Shown here: piece after piece, positions 1 to 10,933 of the stretch | Position numbering within the stretch: the first letter of the stretch is position 1 | How the letters are laid out: each line of letters begins with the position of its first letter | Origin: Sedimentisphaerales bacterium | GTDB taxonomy: Bacteria > Planctomycetota > Phycisphaerae > Sedimentisphaerales > Anaerobacaceae | Direction of reading: 5' to 3' | Length of the DNA: 64,000 bases | NCBI GenBank assembly: GCA_963708075.1 | Contig: OY970194.1 | Span: 4,832,001 to 4,896,000, forward strand | Translations under genes and position numbers: made by a program | Notes under the pieces: generated by a model | What the model was told of the DNA's origin: nothing | Seen by the model: the letters and a program-made list of their open reading frames with translations, nothing else | Database searches by the model: none

Positions 1-1224
1 GCTCCATGCCCACAGGGAGTTGTCGTCGGAATTCGTGGCGCCGACTGTCACGACATTCTTGGCCACGGCCGTGGAGAAGACTGTGCCCCATTTGCCCTCG
101 TTGCCCACCGCCCACACCATGGAGATGGGCTTGCCCAACTCGCCGCGGACAATCCCGTCAAGGACCGCATCATACTCTTTGTAGGCATTCCACTCGACCT
201 TGCCCCAGGAGTTGTTGGCAATGTCGATTCCGTACTTACTGATCGCCCGGCGGTACTGATCGCGCAGCTCCGTGATATCGTCCCAGTCTTTGCAGGACAC
301 GATCGTGGCCGCGGTAGCCACACCCCGGTACAGGCGGTTCGCCAGCAGCGTCCCGTCGCCGATCATCGTGCCCGCCACCTGTGTCGCATGGTCGTCCACC
401 GGCCTGCCGTCGTCGATATTCACCACCCGCCCCGCCATATCCGCATGCGCGGCATCGGGATGTCCCGGCTCCCATTGTCCCAGGATTACTCCGGCCCCCG
501 TCAAGTTGTACGGGGCCTCCTGGACCGGATTGGCGCCAATCGCTGCGCGTACGCCGTCGTTCAGGTTGACCGACTCGTAGTGCTGGTCGACCCACTTGAC
601 GCAGTCGCGAGCCGCCAGTGCGTTCACCGCCCCAATGGGCAGATAGCAGATCAGGCAATTCTGCTCCGAATCCCGCTTGATCACCCGACCGCCAAGGTCC
701 TCGACCGCCACCTCGCCCGTCCCGAGGATCACGTCTTCAAATAAGAGCGTCACCAGCCTCGCCTCACCCGCGGCATTTCGCGAATAAGCGTTGATGCCCT
801 GCTCTCGAATGGCTGGGGACAGCTTGTCCTCCGGAAGAATCCCCGTGACCGCCCGGACGCCGGGCAAGCTCGCGACATCCGCCAGTCTGTCGGCCTTCAC
901 CACGGCCAGCCAGGAGCGGTTCGGGATGTACGACAGTAGTTGGACCCCGGCGTTGATCAACTCGATCCGCCGCTCGACCGTCGGGACATCCTCCAACTGG
1001 ACAATGACGTGCAAATTGCCGGACGTTGCCTGCGCGCGAATCCCACCCGCTGCCGGCACTTGGTTGCGCAGGGAGCTATCTAATCCTGCTGCCGGCACGA
1101 AGCGACGGGACTTGAGAATCACCTCATCGTCCCCGGCCGCAAGGCCCACCAGCAGCAGAATCGCCGCCAGACCGATAAGAACGCCCTCCTTGCCCATCGC
1201 TGTCTTACCCGTGTGTGACCTCAC
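1..1224 (-). CDS. S8 (subtilisin-like) serine peptidase, secreted; 3' end runs off the window
   Basis: Not in the ORF track (no stop inside the window). Manual translation from GTG 1224 or ATG 1197 gives a signal peptide (MGKEGVLIGLAAILLLVGLAAG), a prodomain, then LTGAGVILGQWEPG, DDHATQVAGTMIG, NNSWG, WAVGNEG and AKNVVTVGA. Confidence 0.85.
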   Translation of the reverse strand, partial: MRSHTGKTAMGKEGVLIGLAAILLLVGLAAGDDEVILKSRRFVPAAGLDSSLRNQVPAAGGIRAQATSGNLHVIVQLEDVPTVERRIELINAGVQLLSYIPNRSWLAVVKADRLADVASLPGVRAVTGILPEDKLSPAIREQGINAYSRNAAGEARLVTLLFEDVILGTGEVAVEDLGGRVIKRDSEQNCLICYLPIGAVNALAARDCVKWVDQHYESVNLNDGVRAAIGANPVQEAPYNLTGAGVILGQWEPGHPDAAHADMAGRVVNIDDGRPVDDHATQVAGTMIGDGTLLANRLYRGVATAATIVSCKDWDDITELRDQYRRAISKYGIDIANNSWGKVEWNAYKEYDAVLDGIVRGELGKPISMVWAVGNEGKWGTVFSTAVAKNVVTVGATNSDDNSLWAWS

Positions 1225-1473
1225 ACGAATTCATACCTCGCCATTTTTCCACAGCACCCCCATCACTCAGCTTATGGGCCACCCCTTGCTTTGCGCATGC
1301 GCACAGCACTAGCCATCTCCGCCTTCACCCTATCGCATCCCCCATTTTACCATATTCCCCCGCCCATTGCCAAGCTAAATTGCCCCGGATAGGGACAATT
1401 CCGACCCCTGGAGACATTCTGAAATACGCGCAATTATGAATCCTGGGACCGCTTATGTATTCATTTCAGGCCG

Positions 1474-2067
1474 ATGGGCCGTCCTTATATATGGACGATG
1501 GATGCGCATGACTGGATTACTGATAAGGCTTTGATCGAGGCGGTTCAGCGGGGCGACCGCGACGCCGCGGCGTGCCTGTACCACCGGCACATCGACCGCG
1601 TGCATCGTATCTGCCACCGGATCGTGCTGGACCCTTCGCAGACGCTCGATTGCGTGCAGGAGGTCTGGCTCAAGGTGTTTCGCAGCCTCGGCCGGTTCCG
1701 ATGCCGCAGCTCGTTCGCCGCCTGGCTGAACTCCGTCGCTGCCAACACGGCCATCGATCATTACCGTCAGTCCAGACGCCGGGGCAATCACGTCGATATC
1801 GAGGATCCGGAGGTGGAATCCCTGGCGGCGGATGAGCCGGCGGGCGAACTGCAACTGGACGACCACCTTGTTCGCCGGCGAATCCAGGAGGCATTGGAGG
1901 AGATCAGCGTGAGCCAGCGGACCGCGTTCGTGCTGCGGTACTACGAGGACATGCCCCTGCCGGAGATCGCGCGGATTCTCGGCTGCCGGGAGGGCACGGT
2001 CCGCACCCATATCCGCCGCTGCCTGTTGGCCCTGCGTGCAAAACTGATGGCGGAACTCAATCAATAG
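1474..2067 (+). CDS. ECF RNA polymerase sigma-70 family factor
   Basis: Region 2 (DCVQEVWLKVFRSL...FAAWLNSVAANTAID) and region 4 (LRYYEDMPLPEIARILGCREGTVRTHIRR). The true start may be 1498. Confidence 0.92.
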   Translation: MGRPYIWTMDAHDWITDKALIEAVQRGDRDAAACLYHRHIDRVHRICHRIVLDPSQTLDCVQEVWLKVFRSLGRFRCRSSFAAWLNSVAANTAIDHYRQSRRRGNHVDIEDPEVESLAADEPAGELQLDDHLVRRRIQEALEEISVSQRTAFVLRYYEDMPLPEIARILGCREGTVRTHIRRCLLALRAKLMAELNQ

Positions 2068-2079
2068 AGGTTCAGGCAT

Positions 2080-2601
2080 ATGGACAATCCACGTTTTTCC
2101 TTCGAGGAGTTCAAGGCGCTTCTTCCGGACCGGTTCGAGTCGCAGGACAGGCTGCTAAGCGAATACCATTCCTTTTTGGCGCTGCTCGAGCAGTTGGACC
2201 GGGTGCCCGTGCCGGAGTTGTCGGCCGGGGAGAAAGCAGAGATCTTCCGGCGGTCATGGCAGGGACAGGCGCGAGGCAGGACGTGGGCCTGGCAGTGGCT
2301 CGGCTTGCTCCGACAGCCGGCCGTGACGTTTGCAGCAGGCATCGTTCTCGGGTGTGCGCTGATGTTCGTCACCGTCAAGGGCCGGGCGGCCGCACCCCAG
2401 CCTGCCTCGCCGCAGCCATCGTTAGCCGTTGAGCGTACCGGTTACGCGCAAATCTATACGGGCAGAATCGTGAAGGACCTGTACCCGCAAATCGAGAACC
2501 CGAAGATCGTGGTTGAGAGGCCGCAGAAATCCTCCGCGCCACAACGCGTCCTCTACGGGACGCTCGATGAGGGTGAAACCTATGTCGTCTGGAATCTGTG
2601 A
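2080..2601 (+). CDS. Putative single-pass membrane anti-sigma factor
   Basis: Directly follows the ECF gene; short helical N-terminus, one TM segment (VTFAAGIVLGCALMFV) and a small extracytoplasmic part. Confidence 0.6.
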   Translation: MDNPRFSFEEFKALLPDRFESQDRLLSEYHSFLALLEQLDRVPVPELSAGEKAEIFRRSWQGQARGRTWAWQWLGLLRQPAVTFAAGIVLGCALMFVTVKGRAAAPQPASPQPSLAVERTGYAQIYTGRIVKDLYPQIENPKIVVERPQKSSAPQRVLYGTLDEGETYVVWNL

Positions 2602-2620
2602 CCCCAAAGGAGATTGAACT

Positions 2621-3634
2621 ATGAAGATGCAGGATCTGTTTGTCGTGACCTTCGCCATCCTCTTGGCCGCCGGCGTTGCACTGTCCCAGCAGCCTTCCCA
2701 ATCAGCCTACGAATCGCCGGCGAATTCCCCGGACGGTGATTTGCGAACGATCATCGTCAGCCTCAAGTATTACCCGGTCAATGACCTGGGGAGTCTCCTG
2801 GCCACTCTTTCCGAAGATCAGGTCAGGATTGCCATCGATCAGCACTCAAATCGCCTGATCCTCACAGGGCCGCAGAAGCGAATCGACCAAACGCTGCGCC
2901 TGATCTCGGAGCTGGACGTGCCCCGTGAGGAAGCGCAGCAGAGCCAGTATCTGACGTGCCGCGTGTACATGTTTGAACTGCCTTCCAAGGACCAGAATCT
3001 CAAGCCTTTCTCTGTGCTGCTGGAAAGATCGTCGCAGTGGCCGACGGAGTGGTTGCTCGATGCGGCCAGGGACGCGAACGTGCAGATTAGCACGTTGCTT
3101 CAGAGAATGGAGGACGACAAGTGGGAGCTGGTCATCGAGGGCCGGGCCGCCTCGAGCGACGCTCTCAAGCCGGTCCTGACCAAGATCACGGATGCTCAGG
3201 TCAAGCAATTGAAATGGGACGATGAAACGTTCACCGCAGCCATCCCCGCCGCGCAGGTCTCCCAGTTGCCCGCGCCACTGCGGGAGCATCTCCGCAAGTT
3301 CCTCGGCGACCAGGTGCAAACGGTCGGCTACTGGTTCGGCAACCTGTCGGTCCCCGGTAATCTCAACGCGCCCATCGGACCCTGGCGATTGGACATGAAG
3401 ACCCAGTCCGAACAGGGGACTGATCTCATCCTGGAGGTCCGCGTCACCCGGGAATCGTCCGTCCCGTTCGTCAACGAGACCCAACTCCTTGCCAACACCA
3501 TCCAGGGCAAGGCAGGCAGGCCCATCCTCATCGGCTACAATCGCGAGTCCTACGGCACGAGAGTCACGGGCGCCATGGTGATCCTCCTGGAACGCGACAC
3601 GACCGCTCCGACGACCGAAGCGAAGACGCAGTGA
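2621..3634 (+). CDS. Secreted protein with a secretin N-terminal (NolW-like) domain
   Basis: Signal peptide plus IIVSLKYYPVNDLGSLL...IAIDQHSNRLILTGPQKRIDQTLRLISELD, which fits a Secretin_N repeat. No secretin barrel recognised. RBS aaggag. Confidence 0.7.
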   Translation: MKMQDLFVVTFAILLAAGVALSQQPSQSAYESPANSPDGDLRTIIVSLKYYPVNDLGSLLATLSEDQVRIAIDQHSNRLILTGPQKRIDQTLRLISELDVPREEAQQSQYLTCRVYMFELPSKDQNLKPFSVLLERSSQWPTEWLLDAARDANVQISTLLQRMEDDKWELVIEGRAASSDALKPVLTKITDAQVKQLKWDDETFTAAIPAAQVSQLPAPLREHLRKFLGDQVQTVGYWFGNLSVPGNLNAPIGPWRLDMKTQSEQGTDLILEVRVTRESSVPFVNETQLLANTIQGKAGRPILIGYNRESYGTRVTGAMVILLERDTTAPTTEAKTQ

Positions 3635-3684
3635 GAACCGTCATCAGAAGCATCGCAGCACGGAAGCTATATCTCGCTACATTT

Positions 3685-3777
3685 GGGTGGCAGCGGCAAA
3701 CGCAGTTTGCCGATGGCTCGCACGTACCGTCCGACGCCATCGGCAAGCTCCGAAGACTCCGCTTGCCGCTGCCACCC
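3685..3777. repeat. Palindromic REP-like element, GGGTGGCAGCG family
   Basis: gggtggcagcggcaa...ttgccgctgccaccc; related copies at 11372, 15390, 38783 and 51560. Confidence 0.8.
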
Positions 3778-3806
3778 GTCACTGACTCTTGTTCTTCGGG
3801 AAGTTG

Positions 3807-4256
3807 TCAGAACAGCCGGCTGCTGTCGAGCAGGAAGGTTACGGGGCCGTCGTTGAGGCTGGTGACTTGCATGTAGGCTCCGAATGAGCCTTTGGCCACC
3901 GGCACGTCGCCGGCGGCGATCAGGGCGGCCACCTTCTCATAAAGCGGCTCCGCAAGCGCCGGCTCGGCAGCGGCATCGAATCCCGGCCGGCGGCCCTTGC
4001 GGCAGTCACCGTACAGCGTGAACTGACTGACCAACAGAATCCCGCCACCGATGTCGATGACGCTGCGATTCATCTTGCCTGCCTCGTCGGCGAAGATGCG
4101 CAGGTTCACGAGCTTGTCGGCCATGAACTCCGCGTCCTTTTCCGTATCGCCCTGGCCGACGCCGAGATAGACGAGCAAGCCGGGACCGATCTGCCCGATG
4201 GTGCTGCCTTCAACCTCGACCTTCGCGTATGACACTCGTTGAATCACTGCCCGCAT
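3807..4256 (-). CDS. dtd: D-aminoacyl-tRNA deacylase
   Basis: [18 protein letters not shown] and NDGPVT motifs. Confidence 0.97.
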   Translation of the reverse strand: MRAVIQRVSYAKVEVEGSTIGQIGPGLLVYLGVGQGDTEKDAEFMADKLVNLRIFADEAGKMNRSVIDIGGGILLVSQFTLYGDCRKGRRPGFDAAAEPALAEPLYEKVAALIAAGDVPVAKGSFGAYMQVTSLNDGPVTFLLDSSRLF

Positions 4257-4313
4257 GGTTCGCTGCCCTCAATCACTCAAGTCAGGCCGATCTCTCCAAC
4301 TTCTATCCTCTAA

Positions 4314-4568
4314 GTGGAGTTTTGCAAAATGGAAGTTGGGCTTATTATTCAAGGAAATCCGCTTTGGGATTTCCTTGAATCGACAACTGGTTCGTGCGTG
4401 TTGCGCACCCCCGCGCAGGTCTGTCTTGCCGCGTGTAGCAAGGCATTCTCCGGTCGCTTCCCGGGGTACGTATCATGCACCCTTGGCGTCTGTCGGTGGC
4501 GAAGGAAAAATGAAAAGCCCATTTTTCCTTCCCCAAGTAAGCCCAACTTCCATTTTGCAAAACTCCAC
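4314..4568. mobile_element. MITE-like element, 255 bp, perfect 31 bp terminal inverted repeats
   Basis: 4314-4344 gtggagttttgcaaaatggaagttgggctta is the exact reverse complement of 4538-4568. Flanks are ctctaa and ctctag. No transposase. Confidence 0.8.
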
Positions 4569-4570
4569 CT

Positions 4571-5302
4571 CTAGCCAAACCACGGCGCCGCGGCGGCCCG
4601 GCGGATGTGCAGCTCATCGACCACGGCGTTGCCCTTCTGTGTCACGAGGTACAGGACCAGCTCCGCAATCTCCTCGGGCTGGATCAAGTCCTCCTTTTTG
4701 ATGTCCGGCCGCACATTGCCCACCATGCCGGTATCGACTGCCCCCGGGCAGATCACGTGCACGCGGATGTTCGTGCCCCGGAGTTCCTCGGCCAGCGAAA
4801 TGCTCATTCCACGCACCGCGTGTTTGGAGGCGGTGTAGGCGCTTTGCAGCGGATAGCCCTTGACCCCGACGACGGAGGAGATGTTGACGATGTATCCCGC
4901 CTCCGCCTGCCTCAACAGCGGCAGCGCCTCGCGGCACAGGATGAACGGCGCCCTCGCGTTGATCGCCCAGCAGCGGTCCAGGTCCTCCGTCTCCGTCTCC
5001 TCGAACTTCGCCGAGTGCGTAATGCCGGCGTTGTTGACGAGAATATCCAGCCGGCCGAACTTGTCTTCCACAACCCGGACAAGATCCCTGATCGACTCCT
5101 CGCTCGCAAGCTCCGTCACAACAGGTTCCGCCCTGCCGCCGGCCGCATGCACAAGCTGCGTCGCCTCCACGAGCGTCTGGACCGACCGCGCCGCCAGTAC
5201 GACGATCGCTCCCTCCCGCGCCAGCGCCAGACTGATCGCCCGACCGATCCCGCGACTGCCGCCCGTGACAATCGCCACCTTCCGATCCAAACGTCCTGCC
5301 AT
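4571..5302 (-). CDS. SDR family NAD(P)-dependent oxidoreductase
   Basis: TGGSRGIG, NNAG, YTASK (YxxxK) and ICPG motifs. Confidence 0.95.
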   Translation of the reverse strand: MAGRLDRKVAIVTGGSRGIGRAISLALAREGAIVVLAARSVQTLVEATQLVHAAGGRAEPVVTELASEESIRDLVRVVEDKFGRLDILVNNAGITHSAKFEETETEDLDRCWAINARAPFILCREALPLLRQAEAGYIVNISSVVGVKGYPLQSAYTASKHAVRGMSISLAEELRGTNIRVHVICPGAVDTGMVGNVRPDIKKEDLIQPEEIAELVLYLVTQKGNAVVDELHIRRAAAAPWFG

Positions 5303-5425
5303 AACAGTCTCCGATATAGAAACAGTCCCAGAATTATACCCCCGCCCGCTTCGCAACAGAACCTCGAATCGGCAGATCAGATGCCAGGGGCGCGCGATAA
5401 AAAAGTGGCAGGTGAGACAAGAGGA

Positions 5426-5520
5426 ATGTCATTGCGAGGAGGCCGCAGGCCGACGAAGCAATCTCGGATTGCCAAGGGTTGAGATTGCCGCGCCAGCCGC
5501 TGGCTGGCTCGCAATGACAT
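5426..5520. repeat. REP-like palindrome, GTCATTGCGAG family
   Basis: atgtcattgcgag...gaagcaatctc...gagattgcc...ctcgcaatgacat; 13 bp terminal inverted repeat. Confidence 0.8.
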
Positions 5521-5634
5521 GCCGGGCGTTTGCCACACGTTTGTCGTACACCCGACGCCAGGTGCGGGAGGTTGCATCGGCTAATGTGAGAGCCTATAAT
5601 GGTCGAAGAAAAGGGTCGAGTAGGAGTTCCCGGA

Positions 5635-6981
5635 ATGACTATGCGCGATGTGGCGTATCAAAAATGTATCAATCCCGGCTGTGCTGCCGAGTTCGACTGT
5701 CAGCAGTCGATGTTCAAGTGCCCCAACTGCGGCGACCTGCTCGACATCCGGTACAACTGGGAGAAAGTCGCCGTGCCGAAGAAGCTCAGCGACTTCGCCA
5801 AACGCTGGGCCACGCGGGATAAGCCTCTGGATTTCTCGGGCGTCTGGCGGTTCCGCAACCTGCTGGATTTCTGCCCCGATAGAAACAAGGTAACGATCGG
5901 CGAGGGCCAGACGATCCTCCAGCAGAACCGTGCCATCGCTGAACACCTGGGAATGAAGCCCGACTGCCTGTTCCTGCAGTACGAAGGGCTCAACCCCTCC
6001 GGCTCATTCAAGGACAACGGAATGGCGGCGGCGTTCAGCCACGCCGTGATGGTCGGGGCAACGTCCTGTGCCTGCGCCTCCACCGGCAACACGTCCGCGT
6101 CGGTCGCGCTCTACGCACACAGTTGCGGCCTCAAGTGCACCGTCTTTATCGGCTCCGGCCGGATCGCCTTCGGCAAGCTCAGCCAGGCGATGGACTACGG
6201 CGCCCAGACCATCCAGATCATGGGCGACTTCGACGACTGCATGCGCCAGGTCCAGGCGGTCTGCACCAAACTGGGCCTGTACCTGCTCAACTCGCTCAAC
6301 CCCTTCCGCCTCGAAGGCCAGAAGACGATCATGTACCGGATCATCGAGGCCTTAGGCTGGCAGGTGCCCGACTGGATCGTCGTGCCGGGCGGCAATCTCG
6401 GCAACTCCAGCGCGTTCGGCAAGGCATTCCTTGAACTCAAGCAGCTCGGCCTGATCGACCGCATCCCGCGGATGGCCATCATCAACGCCACCGGCGCCAA
6501 TACGCTCACCGACCTCGTCAACAACAAGAAGCTCGCCTGGAACAACGGCCAGGTCAACCAGAAGATCATCGACGATTATTACGCGGACCTGACCGCGAGG
6601 CATTTCTCGCCGCACACCTGCGCCTCGGCAATCGAGATCTCCCGCCCGGTGAATCTGAAGAAATGCCTGCGGGCCATCGACGCGTGCAAGGGTGTCGTGC
6701 GAGCCGTCACCGACCAGGAGATTTGTGACGCCAAGGCCCTGATCGGCAAGCACGGCTTAGGCTGCGAGCCCGCCTCCGCCGCCACTATCGCCGGACTCAA
6801 GAACCTGCTCGCCGAGGGCGTCATCGCCAAAGATGAGCGGATCGCCTGCGTCCTGACCGGCCACACCCTCAAGGACCCCAACGTCACCGTGGACTACCAC
6901 AAGGAACGTCAGGGCCCCTTCAGCAACCCCCCCATCGAGGTCCCCAATGACCTCGAAGAGATCGTAAAGCTGATCCGCTAA
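5635..6981 (+). CDS. thrC: Threonine synthase
   Basis: N-terminal Zn-ribbon Cys pairs, NPSGSFKD (PLP lysine), [16 protein letters not shown] and LTGH; RBS aggag. Confidence 0.93.
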   Translation: MTMRDVAYQKCINPGCAAEFDCQQSMFKCPNCGDLLDIRYNWEKVAVPKKLSDFAKRWATRDKPLDFSGVWRFRNLLDFCPDRNKVTIGEGQTILQQNRAIAEHLGMKPDCLFLQYEGLNPSGSFKDNGMAAAFSHAVMVGATSCACASTGNTSASVALYAHSCGLKCTVFIGSGRIAFGKLSQAMDYGAQTIQIMGDFDDCMRQVQAVCTKLGLYLLNSLNPFRLEGQKTIMYRIIEALGWQVPDWIVVPGGNLGNSSAFGKAFLELKQLGLIDRIPRMAIINATGANTLTDLVNNKKLAWNNGQVNQKIIDDYYADLTARHFSPHTCASAIEISRPVNLKKCLRAIDACKGVVRAVTDQEICDAKALIGKHGLGCEPASAATIAGLKNLLAEGVIAKDERIACVLTGHTLKDPNVTVDYHKERQGPFSNPPIEVPNDLEEIVKLIR

Positions 6982-9660
6982 CGCGACGTCGCCGGCGCGA
7001 ACTTCTGAATCCGGTGGTTGTGGCTGTCGCTGACATAGACGTTGTTTTCTTTGTCCACGGCGATGCCGAGCGGCACGTTGAACCGGCCCGGAGTTTCTCC
7101 GAACTCGCCCCACTTGGTCAGGAATCTGCCTTCGGCCGTGAATTTCTGAACGCGGTGGTTGTCGCTGTCGGCGATAAAGACATTGCCTTCCTTGTCAACA
7201 GCCACGGCCGCCGGGAAGTGGAACTCTCCGTCTCCGCTGCCCTCTTTGCCCCACTTGGCGAGGAATCTGCCGTCGGAGTCAAATTTCTGGATGCGGCTGT
7301 TCTGGCGGTCACAGACATAGACGTGGCCCGACCCATCCACTGTAATCCCCTCGGGGGTGTCGAACTGGCTGTCCCCCGTGCCCTTGCTGCCCCAGCTCTT
7401 GATGTATTTGCCCTGGGCGTCGAGCTTGTGAATGCAGTGGCTGGTCTGGTCGGTAATGTACATGTTGCCCGAGCTGCCCACCGTGATCATCGCCGGATAC
7501 TTGAATCTGCCTTTGGCCTCTTCAGGCACGTCCCATAGAGTGATGAATCGGCCATTCGGGTCGAATTGCTTGATCGAAGGGATGCCCCAGTCCACGTCGA
7601 CGCTGTCTACAGCATACACCTTGCCGGAGGGGTCTACTGCCACACCCCCGAGTATGCTGAAGCGGCCGTCGCGTGGAGCTTTGACTCGGAACTGCGCCAC
7701 GGGTCTTCCTTCGGACGAGAACCTTCATTACCCATAAGCCACTGTCGTGCGAGGCGTACATGTTTCCGGCGTCGTCCACGGTGATCGGACCGCCTGAGAG
7801 TTCCTCCTTTCCCTCTGCGCTCTCCACAGTCCACCTGCTCACCAATTTGCCCTCGGCGTCAAATTTCCTGATCGAACCGCCGGCACTGACAGAGGAGACA
7901 CACGGGTCCGCAGGACCTGTGACATAGACACAGCCACCCCTGTCGACGCACACGGCCCAGATCCTCCCAAGCCCGGCCTTGGAGAATTCCTCCTGGCCGT
8001 AAGCGCTGATCAGGTCACCCTGGGCGTTGTATTTCTCGATTCGACTCTCAAACGGATAGTAGCTGTTCCCGGAAGGATCGATGGCCACTGCCCCCCTGGT
8101 GATGGTCGGACGCGGGCACATGATCTTCTTCACCCACGCCGTCAGGAACTTGCCGCTCGCATCGAATTTCTGCATGCGATGCGTCCCGCCGTCGAGTTGG
8201 TCCCCAACCCACACATTGCCGGAACCATCTGCTGCTATGAAGAACGGGCCACTGAACTGGCCATCTCCTGTCCCTTCCGTTCCCCATTTCGCCAGGAGTT
8301 TCCCGTCGCCGGTGAACTTCTGCACGCGGGAATTGCCACTGTCCGCCGCATAGACATTGCCCGAGGGATCGACCGCGATAGCCGAGACAAACTGAAACTG
8401 ACCGTCGCCACTGCCGCTGCCTCCCCATCGGCCGATGAGTTTTCCATCGCGATTGTACTTTTGCACCTCGTCCGCATCCGCACAGTAGAGGTTCCCGGAT
8501 GTATCTGTCGTCAAACCCCTGACTTCCGCCCAAGTCTCCCCTCCCCATTGGGAGACAAATCGGCCTTCGGAAGTGAATCTCAGGATGCGGCCATTCCAGA
8601 CATCCGCGACAACGAGCCGGCCTGCGGGATCGATCGCAATGCTGCCCGGCACTGCGGACAGGCCGTCTCCGGTACCCGCGCATCCCCATTGCGATATCAC
8701 GTTTCCATTCGGATCGAGTTTAGTCACCGCGTGTGAGTTCTCATGGGTCACATAGAGGTTGGAGTGAGAGTCCACGGCAAGGCGACGCGCCATTTGACCC
8801 TTTGTCTTCCATCGAGCACGGAATTCCCCTGTCGGCGTGAACTTCTGAACGGAATTGACATCTAGGACATAGAGATCTCCCGTTCTGTCTATGGCTATAC
8901 TGCGAGCACCGCCGCGGAAGCGCCCGTCGCCCTCGCCCAGGACTGCCCATGAGGTTCCCCATTTTGTGAGAAACTTCCCGGAAGAGTCGAACTTCTGAAC
9001 GCGGCCGTTAGCTATCTCAGTGATATAGACGTTGCCTTCCGCATCAACTGCGAGCGCGTTGGGTTTCTGCAACTGCCCGTCGCCGCTTCCGGCCTCGGCA
9101 CCCCATTGCGAAATGAACTCTCCGCTCGGCGAGTATTTCTCGATCCGGACAGTGTAGGTCCGGTTGGTGTCCGGTCTGTAATCGACCGCAAGCACAAGGA
9201 TGTTCCCCTCGTTGTCTGTAGCCAGATCGATAGGCAACTTGACTGTGTCTGCGTCCGGTGTCTTCCTCTCCAGTTTCCCAACGAACTGCCCATAGGGAGT
9301 GAACTTCTGGATCCGATTGTATTGCCCCTTGGGAGAATCCGTGTCGAAGACATAGACGATCCCCGAGCCGTCCACCTTGACACTGGCTATCGTATTGAAT
9401 TGCCCGTCTCCCTGGCCGGGGCTTCCCCATTGGGTGATGAGCCTGCCTTCGGCGTCGAATTTCTTGACGTGGTAATTGCCGCTGTCGCCCACATAGACGT
9501 TCCCTGCCTTGTCCACGGCGACGCCACTGGGTTTGAAGAAGTGCCATCCTTGCGGCGCCTCCGGCCAGACTTTGACGAGGCGGTACCCTTCTTCCGCCTG
9601 GAGGATGCCTGAAAACATTCCGAGCGCGACTGTCACAATGAGTAGTCTTATCGTACGCAT
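6978..9660 (-). CDS. Large secreted NHL-repeat (multi beta-propeller) protein, split by a 1-nt frameshift near 7722
   Basis: Signal peptide and many P.G.AVD..GNVYV.D..N.RIQKFD..G.F...WG..G.GDGQF repeats in ORFs 7522-9660 and 6978-7700. Removing one C at 7722/7723 joins them ([16 protein letters not shown]). Confidence 0.85.
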
Positions 9661-9698
9661 CTTTCTATCTCCTGTTTGCTCTTCAAGTCCATGGGTAT

Positions 9699-10274
9699 TC
9701 AGAGGTTGCTTTGTCTCTCAGGGCGTTCATATGCGTGAACCGGAACGGAGGCCCGCTGCGACGGAGAGACACGATTGACGCGCCCTTCCAACTCGGCCAT
9801 GCGGAAGTAGAGCGCGGAAATGGCCTTCTGTTGCCGCTCCTGGGATTCGGCCAGCTCTGCCTGCTCGTGGATGGCCGTCACCTGCTGTTCGGCGGCCCCG
9901 AGCCTGAGCCGCAGGTCCTTTGCCGTCCTGCCTAAGACGAAACACGTTATCAGTAACGAGCCGATCACCAGGACAGCGGCCCAGCGCCCCAGCCTGCCCA
10001 ATCGGAGAAATCCTGACTTGTCCTTCGCGCATGACACTGTGGGGGTATCTTGGTCGGCTTTGATGCTGTCGAGTACCTTCTGTCTTGCAGCAGGCGGCAG
10101 GCTCGGCATAGACGCAGACGCCAAAGTCCGCCGGATGCCGACCAGCTCCAGACAGAACGCTCGGCACTCCGGGCAGTCCTGAAGATGACCCGCCGCAAGC
10201 CGAAGGTCCTCGTCCTTAGCCTCGTTGTCAAAGAGGGCCACAATGCCCGCCTGATATTTGTCACACGATGTCAT
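9699..10274 (-). CDS. Zinc-binding (ZAS/zf-HC2) membrane anti-sigma factor
   Basis: N-terminal Cys plus HLQDCPEC (HxxxCxxC), a TM helix and a coiled coil; downstream of the ECF gene. Confidence 0.85.
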   Translation of the reverse strand: MTSCDKYQAGIVALFDNEAKDEDLRLAAGHLQDCPECRAFCLELVGIRRTLASASMPSLPPAARQKVLDSIKADQDTPTVSCAKDKSGFLRLGRLGRWAAVLVIGSLLITCFVLGRTAKDLRLRLGAAEQQVTAIHEQAELAESQERQQKAISALYFRMAELEGRVNRVSPSQRASVPVHAYERPERQSNL

Positions 10275-10309
10275 GGTTTCACCTCGCGCTTGTTCCTGTG
10301 CTCGTGTCT

Positions 10310-10933
10310 CTACCGTTCTCCATCACCGAGAAGCTCGTCCCTCAAGGGTTGCAGCAACTCGCGGAGCCTCCGGACGGCCTCAACTTTCCGCGAGCTGACC
10401 GTCCCCACGGGACAATCGAGCACCTCGGCGGCCTGTTTGTACGACATTCCCTCTTGTTCGGTCAGCACGTAGACCAGCCGCTGCGTCTCGGGGAGCCGGG
10501 CCACCGCCTCAGCCACCGCGGCCTGAAGCTCGCCGGCGAGCATCGGGCCGTGAGCGGTGTCCACAGCAGCCGGCTCATCGGCCGCCCCGGCCGGATTCTC
10601 CGCGGACGGTTGCTGCGAATCTATCCGGCGGTGCTGTTTCTGCCGCTCGTGGAGAAAATGATTCTTGGCGATCTGAAACAGGTACGTGGAGAACTTGCCG
10701 GTAGGCTCGTAACGTACGCGAGCCTTCCACAGCCTCAGAAAGGTCTCCTGGGTCCCGTCTTCCGCCTCCTGCCGGTTTGCGCAGAGCCGCCAGAGGAAGG
10801 CGAAGACCCGCTGTTCATAACGCCGGAACAACTCCTCAAAGGCAGAGATGTCCCGCTTCTGCACCAGACTCATCAGTTCCTCGTCTGTGCAGGTTCCCGT
10901 GGAGCAACCGGTTCTTACATTTCGCAGGGCCAT
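10310..10933 (-). CDS. ECF RNA polymerase sigma factor
   Basis: EAEDGTQETFLRLW...FSTYLFQIAKN and EGMSYKQAAEVLDCPVGTVSSR. Confidence 0.92.
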   Translation of the reverse strand: MALRNVRTGCSTGTCTDEELMSLVQKRDISAFEELFRRYEQRVFAFLWRLCANRQEAEDGTQETFLRLWKARVRYEPTGKFSTYLFQIAKNHFLHERQKQHRRIDSQQPSAENPAGAADEPAAVDTAHGPMLAGELQAAVAEAVARLPETQRLVYVLTEQEGMSYKQAAEVLDCPVGTVSSRKVEAVRRLRELLQPLRDELLGDGER

